Both the position numbers and the translations under genes were made by a program. The notes beneath the pieces were generated by a model. The model did not search any database and was not told the DNA's origin. It saw only the letters and a program-made list of their open reading frames with translations. A stretch of DNA of 64,000 nucleotides from NCBI GenBank assembly GCA_963693365.1, contig CAVNZM010000001.1:20220125-20284124 (forward strand), in the 5' to 3' direction. Shown here piece by piece: positions 57,730 through 64,000 of this stretch. The DNA comes from Amoebidium appalachense (Eukaryota; Protista; Ichthyosporea). Each line of letters opens with the position of its first letter. The stretch's first letter is position 1.

Positions 57730-58272
57730 TCACACCGTCCCCTGGGCCTGTATTGTCCCCTGCAACCTGCCGGCCATCCGTATGTTGTCGTCGACGGCAT
57801 ATTTGTGCAGTGAGTCCACAAACTCACGGAACAGGGGCCCCTTCTTGAACCTCTGCAGACTGTCAGTAGAAAGCAGGTGCAAGATGTGCTCGAGGCAATC
57901 GTTAAAGAGCGTGCTGTTGATCCATACGGCCTTGCCTGCCTCGGCATCTTCAACCTTCTCCAACGCCTCCTTCCACAACGTAAACGGTACGTTGACCTCG
58001 ATCTCCGCCCCTGGCTCCAGGTATTTAGTGAACATGGCACGGGCCGTGGTAAGCTGGTTTGGGTCGCCGTCAGCAATCGTTTTGAACTCTTGCACAGCCT
58101 GGACAAACTGAAGATTCTCGGTGGAGAATTCCTTTTCCAACTGCTGGGTGAAGTATTTGAGGGCCCTCGTGTGGTTGATGATGTGGTCTAGCGTCATGTC
58201 CTCGGGTGCTAGGTGCGCCTGTGTGTGGGCGGGGAGGGGGCAATGGTTGTTAGTACGTATGCATGTGTGCAG

Positions 58273-58340
<68 letters not shown>

Positions 58341-59590
58341 GGGTCAGGTGTGTGTGCCTGTGTGTGTGTGTGTATGTATGCATGAGGTGTGCATGTAGGT
58401 GTGCACGTGCCCGTGTGAGAGTGCTGGTGGGCGCACATGCGCATATGTGGATGTGTGTTGTGTGGGGACGAAAATAGGTGTGAAGGCGCGTGTGCAAATC
58501 CGTAGGTGCGTCCATACCCTCGTTCTATATGTTGTGTGTCTGTGGCGCACAACGTATATTCCCTCCAACCACTCATGTGCACACCTTGTGTGTGTGTGTG
58601 CATGTGCTTATGTGCTTGCTCCTGTCGGGCAATGCAACCCAGTCTGCATGCAGCAAGTATTAGGGTGAAACAACAGTTATCTGGTGCGGTATCACCCGTT
58701 GTATGGAGATATCAGTCTACGTTTGAGAGCATTGGGCACATAGGCGGTGTGTCCTGCCGATACATGTCGGTCTTCTTTCCCAAATGCAATCCCCCTCCCC
58801 CCTCCCCCCCCCCTCCACACACACACACACCCCACCCCCCCCACACAAAAATCCCACCCGTGTATATAGCAACAAGATAACAACATTAACTCTGTCCAAA
58901 CCAATCTTGCTTCACACCCTCCTATGAATACAACCCCCCCCCCCCCCCCCGCCCCTTCCCCACGATGCCTTCCCCCCCAACCCCCCCCCCCCCCCCCCAC
59001 CAACACACACACATGGACCCCACCCAAGCACACACCTGGAAGTCTGCGACCACCCAAGGCATTTGCGCAAAGACCTTGTCAAAGTCATCCTTCTCACACG
59101 CCAACAGCACACTTGCAATTGTTGTTGTGACCGTGGCTGTGCGCTTTGTGTTCTGCACCAGTGCAATCTCCCCAAAAAATCTCCCCCGGCCCCATTGTGG
59201 CCACCTGCTTGCCCTTAACAGACACCACCACCTCCCCGTTTACAATCATGTAGAATGTCGTACCGTCTTCCCCCTCACGGCATATGTCCATGCCTCCCGG
59301 TACGTTTGCTATGCGGCATGTTTCGGCCAGCCGGTTGTATTGCTCGTCTGAAAACCCGGAGAGGAATGGCATTTCGAACCGGCGTAGGTGGTGTGTGATT
59401 CGCTCTGCAACCTAAGAATGGGCAATGATCAGGTCAGTCTTTGCATCGTACCAACTCCCCCTCCCTCCCCCCTCCCCACCCCATGCTGCCGCCACAACTT
59501 CCGTGCCACATGCATAGGAGAGTCGCAAGCAACCAAAGGCTGAAAGCATTGGTAACCTGGAGGGGCACATGCCACGTCTGTATGCGTCAC

Positions 59591-59678
<88 letters not shown>

Positions 59679-59801
59679 CAATCAGCGCAAGAGGTCAGGC
59701 TATTATTGTGTTCCGTGTGCGCTTCTATAGGTGGTTTGAGTGTCTGTGCTATAAAGCGAGTGAGCCAGCGAGCAAGCACGCACGTGCCTGCGGCTGAATT
59801 C

Positions 59802-59893
<92 letters not shown>

Positions 59894-60313
59894 CACACAC
59901 CTTTCATCGTGCAAACAGTCATGCATTCCTAGAAGGGGTGTGTTATGCTATGTGCACATGTGCAGATTTGGTGGTTAGTATCTTTTGAATGAGGAGATGG
60001 TTGTGGTTAGAATGAGCGCGTACCCGTGCACACCCGGTGCACCCACGCAATTGTTGTGCAGTTCGTGTGGGTAGACGTTGGGTTTGGAGATATAGTGTAA
60101 GGTTTGTGTGATATAGTGTGTGTGGCACAGAGGACGTACCGATAGACACTTGCACACATGCGCATACCACACAAGAACAACACCTCAGACATAACTTGGA
60201 ATCCTGCAGCTGCATGTACAGATGTATTTGGATCGAAAGCATTCTGCATGACCATTAGGGATATGGGTGGCATGCGGACCTGTCTGAGTGCTGTGTGTAT
60301 GGTTGCATAAATC

Positions 60314-60349
<36 letters not shown>

Positions 60350-60606
60350 GTTTATTTATGTGCATGAACGAGTGTTTCTGTGTGTGCGCACACGCAGTAC
60401 ACATGTAACAAGGAACAGGTAGCCACTCGGTCATTCTAAAAAGCCTGCAGCATTCACACATTCTCACACAGCACCCACATTCACAATGAACCTCCCCCGG
60501 GCAGGTCCCCCCCCCCCCCCCCCCCCCCCCCCAAAAGCACACAAACATACACTCTTTGGCCTCCCCCCTCCCCCCCCCCTGCCCCTTCACCCTCAACTTT
60601 ACCTCC

Positions 60607-60637
<31 letters not shown>

Positions 60638-61485
60638 CCCTCCCTCTCACCTGCTTGTCGAAGGCCTTCTGCAGGTCTGGGGACACTGAGAGGAAGCGCA
60701 TGAGGTCTGATGCCTCGAGGGTCAGCAGCAGCGTCTTCTCCAGAGACACGGCCGTGGCACTGCGGGGCATGTTCATGGCTAGCGCAAACTCCCCAAAGTA
60801 CTGCCCGGGCCCAAACGTGCCCACTATCATCTTCTCTCCGAGGTTTTCTTCCTTCTTGCTGCGCACTGATATCTCGATTTTGCCCTGCGGGTGGAGGTGT
60901 GTGTGATTATTATTGCAGGTGAATCAGCATAGCCTGCAGAGGTTGGTTTCTTGACAGTTGTGTTTGCTGGATCGTGCAGCCAAGCAAAGGTTTGCCCATC
61001 TTCTCATTCGCTTTTCATTCCTTGAATATGCACACAAAAGCAGGCACAGAGCACGTCTATGCAGACAGACACAGAGACGTCAAAATTCACGTTTAGTGTC
61101 ACCTGTTTTCACTAACATAACAGTCATTGGGTCGTCACAAGTCTCACCTATAGGATTTTGAGACTGAGGCAGGATGCATGCAGGCACACAGAACGACCCC
61201 CCCCCCCCCACAAAAAAAAAAAAAAAAAAAAAAAAAAAGGAAAAAAAAAAAAAAAGAAAAACAAAAAAACATAAAAAAAAAACAATAAAAAAAAAACCAA
61301 TGCACACACGTGTTTCATGTGCTAAGAAGCAATGTGCATCCACAACAACAGAACACACCCATACACTGCCATACAGACACACTTGTGCACACAAATCTCC
61401 ATGATGTGTGTTACATTCATACAAACCAAAAAAGGCACAACACGCGTGTTGAGTTGCACACTGCAGCGCAGACCAGTCCGCCAGA

Positions 61486-61526
<41 letters not shown>

Positions 61527-62531
61527 CCCCCCCCCATCCTTACCCCCACTCCCCCCCACCCCACCCCCAAACACATACACACACACACACCACACACACG
61601 TGCTACGCTTGAGCGAACACGTGCACGTGCAACCGTAAGAACTCTAACACATACCCATAGAAGCTCAGATGCACTTTCAAATGCACACCTCCACGTGCTC
61701 ACGCACCCTCAAACCAACACCAATGCAAATAACACAAAAAGCACACACACGGACTTATGTCCACGAACACACTCACGCTCAAGCACCTTCAAACCAACAC
61801 CCATCAGCAGTCAACTTGCTTACCTGTGAGACAACGAACATTTCACTTCCGCTTTCACCTTCTAAAAACAGCACCTGGTTTGGTGCTGCAATCGAATATC
61901 GGAATAGCGTGCCCAATCGGTCGAGTTGTTCTTCTGAAATTTCGGCACCCTTCAGCAAAGATAGATTTTTCAACGTTTTCGCTTTGACCATAACAACGTC
62001 CGTCATCACCTCGGCGACCTTCGGGTGCTTTTTGAGAAACTTGGACAGATCTTTGCGCGAGCACGCAAGCACCTTGCACTTGTCTATTGCTACTACTGAC
62101 GCGCTCCGTGTGTATGACTCGTCGGGGTCAAGCATCAAGACACGCTCACCGATAAATTCGCCTGCCAACTTCTTGGACAAAAACACCGCGGACACACCGG
62201 CAAGCTCGATAACCACCGAGAGCTCTCCCGCCTCGATGATGAAGAAATCCTCTGCCTCTTCGCCCTGCTTGACTAGTATGTCGCCGGCATTTAGCTTTTT
62301 CCGTCTGAAAATCTTAGCCAGTGCGAGCAGCTCCTTGTCATCGAGATACATGGCAAACGGCCCGTTTTCCAGGCAGGCAAGAGGCTTGCCTGTGCCCCAC
62401 AGCCGCTCTGTGATGGAGAGAGACCGTGACCTGCGGCCCTCGCTGGTTGATCCAGCCTTCTTGCGTGACTGGACGTAGCCATCCTTGCGTGCTGACGACT
62501 GCTCGGCGTCAGCAGCCACAGCCGTGGCCAT
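57730..62531 (-). CDS. Three cyclic-nucleotide-binding domains plus C-terminal RGS domain; exons 62531-61824, 60884-60651, 59411-59036, 58218-57730 (one +1 frameshift near 59180)
   Basis: cNMP motifs: QGEEAEDFFIIEAGEL..FIGE..RSASV; EGESGSEMFVVSQGKI..FGEFAL..PRSATA; EGEDGTTFYMIVNGEV..FGEIAL..KRTATV. RGS motifs: F.QQLEKEFSTENLQF, KYL.PGA..EVNV, LF, DSLQRF. GT-AG junctions are in phase. Confidence 0.9.
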
Positions 62532-63230
62532 AATGGTCGTTTGAGTAGCTGGCTTGAGTGAACAGAGAATGCGGTAGGCAGGTCTTAGAGGGCAAATTGC
62601 CCGAGAGATGTACCTAGAGTTAAAGCTTATTCAAGCCAGCAAGAGGTGTCACAGCTAGTCACTATAATCGAGCATAGTTTATGTACTTTCAAAGTCGCTT
62701 GTTTTCAGCAGAAACTCAAATGAATCTGGCGCACCAACTTGGCACACATTTATCCGGGTGTGGCACGAAGCCGTGCATGGTGGCAAAAGTCGGCAACAAC
62801 AGCAACATGAATTTGTAAAGGTCTAAATATAATTGAACATTAAACATCGTTACTATTGGATAATAGCACAAGAATGGGTTAATGTTAACTTTAAAAATCA
62901 TTCCACAATCTGATTTATCTCCGGTTACCGCATTCCGGTCAACATTCTTCAGCAATAAACTGTCGGGGCCTGATTCAGAATAAGAGGGCGAGGGAGGGCG
63001 TCGATCAGGGTGAGGGGCGAGTCAGCCCTCGGTGACGGACACCAAGGCTTGGTGGAAAGGCCTTGAGTGATGTCGATCGTCGAAACGTTAATATCAAGCA
63101 CTGACTAAAGCCTGAAGATATGTTACATACAAGAAGTGTAGACTGGCACATGTGCAGCAATGTCATCACAGTTGGCCTTTGCGAGTGTGTGTGCGTCCGT
63201 ACGTGTGTGCGAGCGCGTGTATGTGTGCAG

Positions 63231-63415
<185 letters not shown>

Positions 63416-63563
63416 CTGTGTGTGTGCGTGTGTGTGCTGTACACGTGTGTGGGCACACTTACTTCTGTGCCGTTCAAGTTCATCAACAGGTTCCTCACTT
63501 TCGTGTATGCATATCAAGCCTCCCCCCCCCCCCCCCCCCCCCCCCACCACCACCACCACCACC

Positions 63564-63664
<101 letters not shown>

Positions 63665-64000
63665 CAACAAAAACAACAACACAACAACAACAACAACAAC
63701 AACCATAGTAACTTCAACAGTGGTCCTGTCTGACATGGCTGTTTGACATGGGTGCCTCTGCCCGGGCGCCTATGGGCCGGTCCGCCTGCACAGTGAATAT
63801 GGGAGTGGGTGGCCATATGGATGGCACTTATTCTGGGCTTTTTCGGCTTCATGTTACGGAACATGTAAGTCATGATCACCGTAGCCACATGGACCGCCTT
63901 AGGGATCCGTGAATTTGAAACGGAATGGGGGGGAAGGGAGGCTGGTGGGTTGGAGTAGTAATTATCGACGTCCCCTCTGGTGGTAACCCCGCCCCCGCCC

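Noticed and set aside
63700-64000. Higher-complexity sequence at the right edge, possible exon
   Set aside because: No recognisable motif in any frame and truncated by the window.

Overview
Intron-rich eukaryotic genomic DNA; the taxon cannot be fixed from sequence, though Timeless, RGS and E2F/CCAAT promoters fit a unicellular opisthokont. Introns and intergenic DNA are packed with (CA/GT)n, (GA/CT)n and very long poly-C/poly-G tracts, which produce most of the spurious ORFs in the track. Host genes reconstructed by hand from GT-AG splicing: a pepsin-family aspartic protease (minus, runs off the left edge), a KOBITO1-like type II membrane glycosyltransferase (3 exons), an intronless herpes-tegument-like (peptidase C76/VTD) deubiquitinase, a 36-exon Timeless/Tof1, a 5-exon nitronate monooxygenase and a 4-exon protein with three cyclic-nucleotide-binding domains fused to an RGS domain. 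Region 4.7-14.6 kb is a nested mobile-element locus: an intact Copia element (5955-11846, GTACG TSD, half-tRNA-iMet PBS, gag starting inside the LTR) has inserted into the gag of a second, truncated Copia with an unusual PBS, and the block is bracketed by a ~300-bp direct repeat. Best leads: the cNMP3-RGS fusion (a possible cyclic-nucleotide-gated G-alpha GAP), the stand-alone VTD deubiquitinase, CCAAT boxes at many 3' splice sites, and a possible non-Met half-tRNA primer. Single-base homopolymer frameshifts suggest some assembly error.
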